Shown here: positions 8,087 to 17,745 of the stretch, piece after piece
Layout of the letters: the number at the start of each line of letters is the position of its first letter
Numbering within the stretch: position 1 is the stretch's first letter
Assembly (NCBI GenBank): GCA_035559535.1
Contig: DATMBG010000022.1
Span: 62,001 to 126,000 of the forward strand
Direction of reading: 5' to 3'
Length of the DNA: 64,000 bases
DNA from: Candidatus Limnocylindrales bacterium
GTDB taxonomy: Bacteria > Moduliflexota > Moduliflexia > Moduliflexales > JAUQPW01
The notes under the pieces: model-generated
Told to the model about the DNA's origin: nothing
What the model saw: the letters and a program-made list of their open reading frames with translations, nothing else
The model's database searches: none
Position numbers and translations under genes: made by a program

Positions 8087-9712
8087 TTAGAAGGTATAGT
8101 AAATGGATAGACCACCCTTAATAGCCGTGTCATCACCGGCAGCACTGTTATCGACAAATTGACCGGTCAGAGGATCTAAGAACACACCGCTTTTTCCGGT
8201 TACATACTCACCCGGGACCATGAAATCAAATTCACCATTGAGTACGGTGTTGTCGTTAATGCGATAGGTGAAGTAGAAATCGACTTCATTGCCAATGGAT
8301 TTATCTTCAGTTCCATCAAAGAATCGAGGACCTCCAAAGATACTCTGGGTCCCAAAGAAGTGATCTTCTACCGCTCGAATGTTCAGATATTCTACTCCAA
8401 GTCGAAGGGGCGTTCCTGCAAAGGGTTCCGCCGAGGCAAAGAGCTTAAATACAATGGAGTTAGCCGGGTTGCCGTGGCCGGTGAAGCCGTTTACGCTGTT
8501 ATCAAAGAAGAGTCGAGAATAAATATAATCGGAGTTGATGACCTGGTGCTCTTCATTCTTATCCCGGGTCTTGGGATCATCTCCACTGGCATAGGTAAAC
8601 TTTGCACCTATATTAGCTTTGGCAGCAGTGAGATTATAGGAAACAGTACCATCCAGGGCGAATCCCCTCAGATCCACATCCCCGCGGAATTGATCTTTTA
8701 TCTTACCGGTAGAGACTACACCTTCTGCAATATAATTCAGACCACCCGACTTACCTACGACATTGAGGTCAAACCAAGTGGTGGTAACCTTATCCCCTCC
8801 GTAGAAACCGAAGAAATTAGGATCTTGAACCGTACCGGGGAGACCGTTGGGGAAGGTCGTAAATCTGGGATCCCCTGTAGGACTGGGGCCAAAACCACCA
8901 TCGGCTGCTGGCGGACCACCCACATGGGTATCACCACTTTTCCCGAGTGCCGTAGCGAAACCATCAAAGGTTGCACTCCCATTGATCCCGCTCTTGTTAA
9001 GCTCGTAGATCACATACCCTCCAATGGTCAGGTTGGGATTAACCGGAATGCTGGCGTTAAAACCATAAGCATCGGCATCAAAATCGGTCCCGAGACCTCC
9101 TTCCTGAAGTTTCATGGTAAAGAAATAGCCATCAAATTTATCCGGTACGTCAATTCGGATCTTGGTACCCGGAGCATCCACAAAACCTACAACCAGGTGA
9201 TTGGGTCCCAGATCAAACCCGGGAACTCCGGCAATAACGGACAGGTGTGGAGAAATCTGTGGGATTCTTACATCCACATAAGCTTCCTGGGTGATAATAT
9301 TGACACTATCCCCACCAAAACCACGACCTTTCCAGTTACCACCGATTACAGGATGCCCGTTTGAATCGATAATGTTTCCACCGGCACCAACTTCCTGGGC
9401 CCCCAGGTTTCCAAAACCGGGGAATTCGCCAAAGTCTCCACTGCTACCTGCAACACCGTTATCATTGGTTCGTAAGAATAATACCGCCTTTACATTGTCA
9501 CTGGCCTTGGCGGTCATAATGGATTGAAACCTCAAGTCAAAAACGGTTAAGGTATTATCATTATTCCTGTTGAAATCCAGATCGAGAAACCACCATCTGG
9601 TTCTAAAATCTCCACTAAACGTCACTTCCACACCAAAGGATTTAGAAGGAAAGAATATGGCTATATTTATGACTATCAGGGCTAAAGCTAGATACAGTTT
9701 TAAAGCTTTCAT
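8087..9712 (-). CDS. Outer-membrane beta-barrel porin (alginate-export/OmpJ-like)
   Basis: Signal peptide, N-terminal FSGDFRTR strand, YASGDD and IGNEVDFYFTY motifs, terminal YYTF BAM signature. Confidence 0.85.
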   Translation of the reverse strand: MKALKLYLALALIVINIAIFFPSKSFGVEVTFSGDFRTRWWFLDLDFNRNNDNTLTVFDLRFQSIMTAKASDNVKAVLFLRTNDNGVAGSSGDFGEFPGFGNLGAQEVGAGGNIIDSNGHPVIGGNWKGRGFGGDSVNIITQEAYVDVRIPQISPHLSVIAGVPGFDLGPNHLVVGFVDAPGTKIRIDVPDKFDGYFFTMKLQEGGLGTDFDADAYGFNASIPVNPNLTIGGYVIYELNKSGINGSATFDGFATALGKSGDTHVGGPPAADGGFGPSPTGDPRFTTFPNGLPGTVQDPNFFGFYGGDKVTTTWFDLNVVGKSGGLNYIAEGVVSTGKIKDQFRGDVDLRGFALDGTVSYNLTAAKANIGAKFTYASGDDPKTRDKNEEHQVINSDYIYSRLFFDNSVNGFTGHGNPANSIVFKLFASAEPFAGTPLRLGVEYLNIRAVEDHFFGTQSIFGGPRFFDGTEDKSIGNEVDFYFTYRINDNTVLNGEFDFMVPGEYVTGKSGVFLDPLTGQFVDNSAAGDDTAIKGGLSIYYTF

Positions 9713-9881
9713 AATGACCTCTCCTTTTTTCCTTAGAAATTTAAGTTAACTATTATTACGAACTACCCAGAGTTGGTCAAACAACTACTATGAAACTTCA
9801 ACAACCTAAAAACTGATAAATCTAACTGGCTCTAAGCTTATCCTTACGTTACTTATCCCGTTTTTTAATCACCTCCTCTTT

Positions 9882-11999
9882 CTAAGAAACTTTGAGTTTA
9901 AAAAACATAATCAAAGACTGCTGATTGGGAAGGAAAAAGCCTTCATCTTGATTAAGTCCTACGACCAGCAGATCAGATCCGGCTATTTCTCCGGGTACTA
10001 ACTGATAATCTGAAATATAACTATCCAGGACCGGGGTTGCATATTGTTCTTGAAAAGAGATACCATTCCATTTTAAAACCGCCATCTGTCCTTTTTGATA
10101 GGACACAGCCCCTCGGAGTGGGCGAAACGGAGCGATGTTTTTCCGTAGAATTACCTCAGGAATCCCATCCCGATCCAGATCTTCGGTCAAAATTTTTTCT
10201 TTAACCGTCAGACGCCAAACTCCCTGAAAACCTTCCCTTGTTTCATTAACCTGCAAGATGGTATCTGCCGTTTCCTGGTCCCGGGTCTGGAGGAATTCGA
10301 GCCGAGATCCTCCATAGAATTCCTTACTTCTCCAGATAAGCTTTCCTCCCGTTCCATAGAACTTTAGATGATCCTCCTCATCTAAAAAGAGAACTTCAGG
10401 GTCCTTCCCATCCTTCAGGTTAAACCATATAGATCCATAAATATCTGCCTTGCCCGGCAGAGAGAGATCACGGGTCATCTGGTAACGATTATCCCGCCAT
10501 TCATAGATCATCAGGTTTCCAAAAAAAGGTCGGTCGGTTCCCAGATGTTGGGCCAAAAGCTGAGGAGGTTCCTTTGGGTTTTTCAAAACTCGGAAATAGA
10601 GATTTTGGTCCTGGGCAATCCGTTTAAATTCTCCCTGTTGATATTCTAAAACAAAAGAAGTTAATCGCCCTTTCCTCAAATCGGTTACGAAGATTTCATC
10701 CTTTCCATTTTTATTAATGTCGCCAACCCCCACAGAGATATAATTGGCTTCCCCAGGTCCCCGGTCTATATAAAGTTCTTCCAATTCAATCTGATTTCCA
10801 TTAAAGGACTCGGGCAATCGATAAATCTGGACCGAATTACGTCCGATAATAACGATTTCCTTACGACCATCTCCGTACAAATCTCCCACATCCAATCCAC
10901 GGATTCCAAAGGGGAAGGCCTGACTGCGACCAACTTCCTCTATCTCCCCTCCTTTGCGGGAATCTTGTTTAGAGGGTCCAGGCGTTTGAGGCTTTACCGA
11001 AGAACCAGACAGCTCAGATTTTCTCTCAGGGGCTTTCTGAGTCTGGGAAGGCCCAGAAGCAGGAGAAAGGTCCTCGCCTTTCTGGGTTTCTGCTTCTCCG
11101 TGTCCTTCTGTAGCAATCTGTTCAGTAAGAACCAAGGGTACAGAAGCCTCCAGTATCGTAGTCCCATCCTGAGCAGAAAGAAGCCGGCTCATTAAAATCC
11201 ACTTTTCCCCTTCCTGCTGAATTACCCCATCCAACAGATAAGCCGATTTTAGCTGTTCAGCCAGTTCCTTAATACCCTTTTGATCCAGAATCTGGTCAGG
11301 ACGAATCCCTTTTTCCTTCAAAGCCTTTTCAACCTCTGCTCCCTGGATGACCTCAACCACTCCGGCCATCTGCAATTTCGCGGCTATCTCTCTTTGCAGA
11401 GGTGTAAAATCAACCGAAGATAACCTGATGGAATGAGAAAAGAAGGGAAGAAGGGCCAGGGTCATTTTACCCGCAAGGAGTTCAACCCGGTCTTTAGGCT
11501 CGATTGTCTGACCTTTTTCGATGGATAAAATGGCAGCTACCGAATAGTTCTGTTCTATCTGGGTTACCTGAAGAGTCCCAATGTTCCGTTTGGGCGTCCC
11601 TAGAGTTTGCCCTGTAACGGGATGTTTCAACTCCTCTTCTTCGCGATATACCTTTAATTTCGAACCTATCTGAACTCCATCTTTAGCGGTTAAATCTATG
11701 TAAACTTCCTGATTCCTAACAGAAACAACAAACCCTGTTGCCGTAGATTCCCGACTCGGAAGTCTTGAGCGAATTTGAGACACCAGGGTATCTGTAATTT
11801 CCTGGAGGTTTCCTAGGGAAGGAGTTATAGAGGTACTTTGGACGGGTTGTTCCTCTGGAGAGGAAGTCCGTTTTTGGGAAGAAGAGAGAGGTGATGGATA
11901 TTGTGCCTTGCTGGATTCTTTACCTTCCAGTGTACTCCTTGAGCAAGAGGCAACTCCCAAGATACCTGTTAAGAGAAATAAAATAAACTTCTTGTTCAT
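9882..11999 (-). CDS. Lipoprotein with FlgT-C-like domain, CsgG/TolB-N-like domain and FG-GAP/VCBS propeller
   Basis: Lipobox VASC; VYIDL...GSKLKVYRE..ELKHPVTGQTLG; repeats GDLYGDGRKEI, GDINKNGKDEI, DLDRDGIPEVI. Confidence 0.8.
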   Translation of the reverse strand: MNKKFILFLLTGILGVASCSRSTLEGKESSKAQYPSPLSSSQKRTSSPEEQPVQSTSITPSLGNLQEITDTLVSQIRSRLPSRESTATGFVVSVRNQEVYIDLTAKDGVQIGSKLKVYREEEELKHPVTGQTLGTPKRNIGTLQVTQIEQNYSVAAILSIEKGQTIEPKDRVELLAGKMTLALLPFFSHSIRLSSVDFTPLQREIAAKLQMAGVVEVIQGAEVEKALKEKGIRPDQILDQKGIKELAEQLKSAYLLDGVIQQEGEKWILMSRLLSAQDGTTILEASVPLVLTEQIATEGHGEAETQKGEDLSPASGPSQTQKAPERKSELSGSSVKPQTPGPSKQDSRKGGEIEEVGRSQAFPFGIRGLDVGDLYGDGRKEIVIIGRNSVQIYRLPESFNGNQIELEELYIDRGPGEANYISVGVGDINKNGKDEIFVTDLRKGRLTSFVLEYQQGEFKRIAQDQNLYFRVLKNPKEPPQLLAQHLGTDRPFFGNLMIYEWRDNRYQMTRDLSLPGKADIYGSIWFNLKDGKDPEVLFLDEEDHLKFYGTGGKLIWRSKEFYGGSRLEFLQTRDQETADTILQVNETREGFQGVWRLTVKEKILTEDLDRDGIPEVILRKNIAPFRPLRGAVSYQKGQMAVLKWNGISFQEQYATPVLDSYISDYQLVPGEIAGSDLLVVGLNQDEGFFLPNQQSLIMFFKLKVS

Positions 12000-12296
12000 A
12001 AAAGCCAACTCAATTTATTAATTATTCACCCTAGAGACACAGGGATACCGGCCTCTGGAACCCCAGTTCTTGTTGAGTAAATTTACTTATAATAAATTGA
12101 TTCCAACAATCCTGAGCCAGACCGATAACCCGTTTTCCTACAAGAACCCATCATTTTCTTCCTTTACCTGTTGTCTATTCAAATCCTTATCTGTATTTTT
12201 GTGTATGCCTCTAAGGTTCAATAATTGTCGCCCGAGTAAGGGGTATCCTGTTTTTCTTTTTAAGTCAAGTACAAAATTAAAAATTTACACAAAAAT

Positions 12297-13256
12297 TTAT
12301 CTTTGAATACTGCTACTCCCTCCTGCCAGAACCTGTTCTAATTCTTCCCTGGTGATAAACGCCATATCGCCTGGAATGGAGTATTTTAAGGCAGCCAAAG
12401 CATTCCCATACCTCAAAGCTTCTGGGACCCCACCCCGGGAATATCCATACAAGAACCCGGCATTGAAAGCATCTCCACCTCCCAACCGTTCGATGGGTTT
12501 TGCTTTGAAAGGTTCTCCCCGAAAGAATTTTCCTTCCTGGAGGGCTACTGCTCCTTCTGCCCCTACGGTCATGGCAATGACCTCGCATTTAAATCGCTCC
12601 ATAAGACGTTCCAGGATTTCTTCATAGGAGCCTGCAAGCTTGAAAACGGTTCGGACATCGTTATAAGTTATAAAGAGGATTTGGGCCCTGGCACAAAAGC
12701 CGGATAAGACCCTTTCGGCTGCTTCGGGTGACCATAATCGGGAACGGTAGTTAAGATCAAAGGAAGTTTTGATCCCGGCGTCTCTGGCAAAGTCCATCAT
12801 TCGAGACGTAATGATATAACAATTCTCACTGAGGGCCGGGGTAATACCCGAGAGGTGAAGGAGCTCACCCTGGGTCAGAAGGTTATAATCGATTTCATCG
12901 GGACTCATCAGGGCAATGGCCGAATGATTTCGATCATAGATAATTTGGGAAGGTCTGGGTTCTTCACTGACTTCCAAATAAAAGACCCCTACTCTTCCCT
13001 GGGAAGTCCAGCGGACCTGAGACACATCCACTCCATGAAACCGAAGCTCATGGGCAATCCTTCGTCCCCAAGGATTATCGACCAGCTTAGAAAGCCAGAG
13101 CACCTTCCACCCCAGGCGGGCCAGGGCTACTGCTACATTGGATTCAGAACCCCCCACATACACATTTAGCGAGGTGCACTGCTCTAATCTCTGCCCTGGA
13201 TGGGTAGAGAGTCGGATCATGGTTTCGCCAAAAGAAATAAAGTTGTATAATTTCAT
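12297..13256 (-). CDS. kdgK: PfkB-family sugar kinase (2-keto-3-deoxygluconate kinase-like)
   Basis: FGETMIRL, GGSESNVAVALARLG, SFDLNYRSRLW, ERLGGGDAFNAGF; start trimmed to MKLYNF. Confidence 0.85.
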   Translation of the reverse strand: MKLYNFISFGETMIRLSTHPGQRLEQCTSLNVYVGGSESNVAVALARLGWKVLWLSKLVDNPWGRRIAHELRFHGVDVSQVRWTSQGRVGVFYLEVSEEPRPSQIIYDRNHSAIALMSPDEIDYNLLTQGELLHLSGITPALSENCYIITSRMMDFARDAGIKTSFDLNYRSRLWSPEAAERVLSGFCARAQILFITYNDVRTVFKLAGSYEEILERLMERFKCEVIAMTVGAEGAVALQEGKFFRGEPFKAKPIERLGGGDAFNAGFLYGYSRGGVPEALRYGNALAALKYSIPGDMAFITREELEQVLAGGSSSIQR

Positions 13257-13414
13257 AGCCAATAGTATATCTATCCTATTTTGAGCTTTGTCAAGTATTA
13301 AGAAAAAAATCTTGACGGTCTTGGAGAGTAATGTTAGAAACAATAAAAAAGGGAGATAAAACTTAACAAGAAATTTACTTCTCCAGAAGAAGAAGGAAGA
13401 AGGAGGATAACTCA

Positions 13415-15499
13415 ATGAGCTATGAAGCTGCAAATATCCGAAATGTCGGATTGGTCGGTCATGGGCATTCTGGGAAGACCTCTCTGACAGAAGCAATGCT
13501 ATTTGATGCCAAGGCGATTGACCGATTAGGGAAAGTAGAAGAGGGGACGACAACGACCGATTATGACGAGGACGAGAAAAAGCGTCAGGTCAGTATTAGT
13601 TCGGCCCTTGCCTATTGTGAATGGAATAAACATAAGATCAATATTTTAGATACCCCAGGATTTGGAACTTTTATTGCAGACACCCGGGCCTCTTTAAGAG
13701 CCGTGGATAGTGCTGTTGTCGTGGTCAATGCAGTAGCCGGGGTAGAGGTCATGACCGAAAAAGTCTGGGGGTTTATCAACGAATATGACCTTCCCAGGTT
13801 AGCGTTTATAAACAGGCTGGATCGGGAACGGGCCAGTTTCGAAAGAACTTTAACCAGCATGAGGGATCTGCTTTCAAAGGATATCCTGCCGGTACAAGTT
13901 CCTTTAGGTGAAGAAGAAGCTTTTAGAGGGGTCATAGATCTCATCCGGAACAAAGCCCTGGTTTATCAGAAGGATTTATCTGGAAGTTATAAAGTAGAGG
14001 AGATTCCGCCCGATTTAAAGAATCAGGTTGAAAAATACCGGGGTGAGCTCATGGAGAAAGTTGCCGAACTGGATGACGGGCTCCTGGAGAAGTACCTGGA
14101 GAGTGGAGAACTCTCAGAAGAGGAACTTACAACCGGGTTACGTAAAGCTATCTTGGCCAGACAAATCGTCCCGGTCTTTTGTGGTTCTGCAACCAACAAT
14201 ATAGGAGTTCAACCTCTCTTAGAGGCTATTATTAAGTGGTTACCTTCGCCTTCAGAGAGACCTCCCATGGTAGGGGTTAAACCGGGAACCGAAGAAAAAA
14301 TTGTTCGACAGGTAGATCCCAACGAGCCATTTTCGGCTCTGGTTTTTAAAACAATTGTAGATCCTTTTGCAGGACGTATTTCCCTGCTTAAAATGTGTTC
14401 CGGTAAACTCCAGGTAGACTCTCAGGTATATAATTCTTCTAAACGAGAACGGGAGCGGGTTGGGGCCATTGTTTGGTTGCAAGGAAAGAAGCAAAAACCT
14501 GTAGAATCGGCAATCGCTGGAGACCTGGTGGCGGTTCTCAAACTGGTTCATACGCTGACCGGAGATACGTTATGTGATGAAAAGAACCCTATTGTATATC
14601 CGCCCATTGAGTTTCCACAACCGGTTATTTCCTTTGCCATTGAACCTAAGTCCAGAGGAGATGAGGAAAAAATCAGTGCAGCCCTTGCCCGAATTAATCA
14701 GGAAGATCCGGCCCTGAGATACCATCGGGATCCCCAAACCAAGGAACTTCTCGTATCCGGGATGGGACAACTCCATGTGGAGGTTGCCATCGATAAGCTC
14801 AAAAACCGTTATGGTGTGGAAGTAGATCTTAAAACCCCCAAGGTCCCTTATAAGGAAACCATCAAATCGAAAACCGAAGTCCAGGGTAAATATAAAAAGC
14901 AATCGGGAGGTCGGGGACAATACGGAGATACCTGGTTAAGATTGGAACCGCTACCCCGTGGAAAAGGGTTCGAATTTGCCGAAGAAATCGTCGGCGGTGT
15001 TGTTCCCAAGCAATATATTCCGGCTGTTGAAAAGGGGCTTCTGGAAGCTATCCAATCCGGGGTCTTGGCAGGTTATCCGGTCACGGACATCAAAATTACC
15101 CTTTTTGACGGTTCCTATCATGAAGTGGACTCTTCGGAAATGGCCTTTAAAATCGCAGCTTCCATTGGATTTAAGGAAGGCATGAAAAAATGCAATCCAA
15201 CCCTCCTGGAGCCTATCATGCTGGTGGAAGTAACCGCTCCAGAAGAATACATGGGGGATATCATCGGAGACCTCAACAGCCGAAGAGGTCGCGTTCTGGG
15301 CATGGATTCTCAAGGTGGAATCCAACGAATCCGGGCTCATGTACCCTTGGCTGAGATGTTAAAATACTCTCCCGCCTTACGCTCCATCACTGGTGGACGT
15401 GGAGACTACACCATGGAGTTCTCCCATTACGAGGAAGTCCCCAGTCACCTCCAGGCGAAAATCATCGAAGAAGCGAAACGAGAGAAGGGTGAGGAATAG
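13415..15499 (+). CDS. fusA: Elongation factor G paralogue (EF-G2 type)
   Basis: Full EF-G domain set (KKQSGGRGQYG, DGSYHEVDSSEMAF) but divergent G motifs GHGHSGKT, RQVSI, DTPGF; not in an rpsL-rpsG-tuf context. Confidence 0.9.
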   Translation: MSYEAANIRNVGLVGHGHSGKTSLTEAMLFDAKAIDRLGKVEEGTTTTDYDEDEKKRQVSISSALAYCEWNKHKINILDTPGFGTFIADTRASLRAVDSAVVVVNAVAGVEVMTEKVWGFINEYDLPRLAFINRLDRERASFERTLTSMRDLLSKDILPVQVPLGEEEAFRGVIDLIRNKALVYQKDLSGSYKVEEIPPDLKNQVEKYRGELMEKVAELDDGLLEKYLESGELSEEELTTGLRKAILARQIVPVFCGSATNNIGVQPLLEAIIKWLPSPSERPPMVGVKPGTEEKIVRQVDPNEPFSALVFKTIVDPFAGRISLLKMCSGKLQVDSQVYNSSKRERERVGAIVWLQGKKQKPVESAIAGDLVAVLKLVHTLTGDTLCDEKNPIVYPPIEFPQPVISFAIEPKSRGDEEKISAALARINQEDPALRYHRDPQTKELLVSGMGQLHVEVAIDKLKNRYGVEVDLKTPKVPYKETIKSKTEVQGKYKKQSGGRGQYGDTWLRLEPLPRGKGFEFAEEIVGGVVPKQYIPAVEKGLLEAIQSGVLAGYPVTDIKITLFDGSYHEVDSSEMAFKIAASIGFKEGMKKCNPTLLEPIMLVEVTAPEEYMGDIIGDLNSRRGRVLGMDSQGGIQRIRAHVPLAEMLKYSPALRSITGGRGDYTMEFSHYEEVPSHLQAKIIEEAKREKGEE

Positions 15500-15510
15500 C
15501 GTGTAGGACT

Positions 15511-15620
15511 GGGGAGTATGGGAGTATGGGGGTGTGGGGGTGTGGAAGTGTGGGAGTGTGGAAGTATGAAGATATATACTTCCACACCCCCACACCCCCA
15601 TACTCCCATACTCCCATACT
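15511..15620. repeat. Palindromic octamer tandem array (GGGAGTAT-type units, then their complement)
   Basis: gggagtat/gggggtgt/ggaagtgt units followed by cccatact/ccacaccc units. Confidence 0.85.
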
Positions 15621-15629
15621 TCTTTTTTA

Positions 15630-17564
15630 ATGCGATACGGTTTTGTCATAGATCATCGTAAATGTATCGGTTGTCATGCCTGTACAGTTGCCTGCAAAGA
15701 AGAAAATCGGGTTCCTTTAGGAGTGAATCGGACCTGGGTAAAGTATATCGAAAAAGGAGAATTTCCGAACACCCGCAGACATTTTGCGGTTCTTCGCTGT
15801 AATCACTGTGATAATCCTCCTTGCGTTTTTATCTGCCCTACCGCCGCCCTTTTCAAAAGATCGGATGGGATCGTCGATTTTAATCAGGAGCGTTGTATTG
15901 GCTGCAAATCCTGCATGCAAGCCTGCCCCTATGACGCGCTTTATCTGGATCCGGAAACCCAAACAGCGGCAAAATGTCATTTCTGTGCCCATCGTGTAGA
16001 AGTTAACCTTAAACCGGCCTGTGAAATCGTTTGCCCGGAAGAAGCCATAATTTCAGGAGATTTAGATGACCCCACCAGCAAAGTCTCTCAAATTATAGCC
16101 CGAGAAGTCGTGCAGGTAAGGAAGCCGGAACAGGGAACCTATCCTAAACTTTACTACCTCAATGCCGATAGTACCCTCCTTACTCCAGGTACAGCTCCGA
16201 TCTCCAATACTTACCTGTGGGCAGAGATACCTGATAAAAAGGACCTGGAGAATTCAAGACCTTCTGGGATCCGGAAACCCGAAGATAAGGAACTGCAGGG
16301 ACTTTCTGAGGGACAAGGGCAAAGGGCACCTGCCGTGGAAGAATCGGATCTGGCCCGAAAAAAGTTTCTGGCTAAGTTATTAGGAGAAGATGGGGTGAGT
16401 TCAGAATTAAGTTGGAAATCCGACGGGTTGGATTATAAGACCCCGTTAACGGCCCGGACCGTTTACGATGTGAACCATCCTAAACCCTGGGGTGGAAAAA
16501 TTTCCCTTTACATCTGGACTAAATCCATTGCGTCAGGTACCTTCCTTTTATCGGCGTTCCTTCCCTACCTGTACGGGCGGATGGAAGGATCGGCTTTATC
16601 CGAAAGTACTCTGTTTAAATGGGGAGGACCCTTGCTGGCCCTTATTTTTTTGGCCTTCACTACAGTCCTTCTCATTGCAGACTTAAAACGACCTGAGCGA
16701 TTCTTCTTCGTTCTTACGAAACCCCAATGGCGGTCCTGGCTGACCCGAGGTGCCTATATCCTGGTTATTTACGGACTCATTCTGTCCCTCTGGTTTTTGG
16801 CAACTCTGATGGGGGGAGAAGAAACCCGACAATTCCCCTGGACGGGACTTAGAGCGACGCTTTTCTGGCCCGGGATCATCTTCGCGGCTTTCAGTGCTAT
16901 TTATACCGGATTTTTATTCGGTCAGGCAGAAGGGAGAGATTTCTGGCAAAGTCCTTTGATGCCGGTCCACCTCCTGATCCAGGCCATGTTAGCAGGAGCT
17001 GCAACGCTCCTGTTACTGTCCGTGATCCTTTCAACCTTTTCTATGGACTCTCCGAGGGTTTTGGGATTGACCGTTCAAACTTTGAACACCCTTCTGATAG
17101 GAAGTCTGCTGCTAAACGCTTTTATAATCCTGGCAGGTGAATTGTTGATGCCCCACCCCAACCGGGATATCCAGAGGGTGGTTCGCCTCATTATAAAAGG
17201 CCCTTATAAATTTCTTTTCTGGGGAGGGGTCCTCTTTATGGGACATATGTTGCCTCTATCCCTCCTTTTAGCACCTACAGAAGCCTGGACCTTGCTTGGC
17301 TTGCTTCTCTCTATCTTTGGAATCTTGGGTGCCTTATCAGAATGGACGAGAACCCCCCGTCAACTTTCTTTAAAACCTTATAAAGGGATATATTGGATAG
17401 TTTTGACTCTCCTGGGTTTTATACCCCTTGTTTTACTCCTTTCAGGAAACATCTCTATATTTACCTCCCCGGCCAACTTTCTTGCACCCCTGTTGAGTTT
17501 AGGGGGACTTCTGGCCTTTGAGCACGTTCGCGTTATGGCAGGTCAATCGATACCTTTGAGTTAG
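15630..17564 (+). CDS. 4Fe-4S electron-transfer subunit (NrfC/DmsB-like) fused to NrfD/PsrC-type membrane anchor
   Basis: CIGCHAC..AC, CNHCDNPPC..IC, CIGCKSC..ACP, CHFC...C..VCP; NrfD motifs ADLKRPERF, SWLTRGA, YTGFLF. Confidence 0.9.
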   Translation: MRYGFVIDHRKCIGCHACTVACKEENRVPLGVNRTWVKYIEKGEFPNTRRHFAVLRCNHCDNPPCVFICPTAALFKRSDGIVDFNQERCIGCKSCMQACPYDALYLDPETQTAAKCHFCAHRVEVNLKPACEIVCPEEAIISGDLDDPTSKVSQIIAREVVQVRKPEQGTYPKLYYLNADSTLLTPGTAPISNTYLWAEIPDKKDLENSRPSGIRKPEDKELQGLSEGQGQRAPAVEESDLARKKFLAKLLGEDGVSSELSWKSDGLDYKTPLTARTVYDVNHPKPWGGKISLYIWTKSIASGTFLLSAFLPYLYGRMEGSALSESTLFKWGGPLLALIFLAFTTVLLIADLKRPERFFFVLTKPQWRSWLTRGAYILVIYGLILSLWFLATLMGGEETRQFPWTGLRATLFWPGIIFAAFSAIYTGFLFGQAEGRDFWQSPLMPVHLLIQAMLAGAATLLLLSVILSTFSMDSPRVLGLTVQTLNTLLIGSLLLNAFIILAGELLMPHPNRDIQRVVRLIIKGPYKFLFWGGVLFMGHMLPLSLLLAPTEAWTLLGLLLSIFGILGALSEWTRTPRQLSLKPYKGIYWIVLTLLGFIPLVLLLSGNISIFTSPANFLAPLLSLGGLLAFEHVRVMAGQSIPLS

Positions 17565-17738
17565 TATAGGAGTATGGGCGTATGGGGGTGTGGGGGTATG
17601 GGAGTATGGGAGTATGGGGATATGGAAGTATGGGCGTATGGGAGTATGGGAGTAAATTCCCCCTCACACTTCCATACATCCATACCATACTTCCCTGCGC
17701 CCACACCCCCATACGCCCATACTTCCATATCCCCATAC
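17564..17738. repeat. Palindromic octamer tandem array
   Basis: Same unit family as 15511-15620; fills the intergenic gap. Confidence 0.85.
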
Positions 17739-17745
17739 CTGTTTT

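Noticed and set aside
8360-9364. 334-aa plus-strand ORF
   Set aside because: Antisense shadow of the porin gene; no motifs or RBS
13257-13553. N-terminal 99 aa of the 418-aa kinase ORF
   Set aside because: Overlaps the divergent fusA start and promoter region; PfkB homology begins at MKLYNF (13256)
15511-15620. Octamer arrays as a possible CRISPR array
   Set aside because: Units are 8 bp and contiguous with no unique spacers; no cas genes in the window
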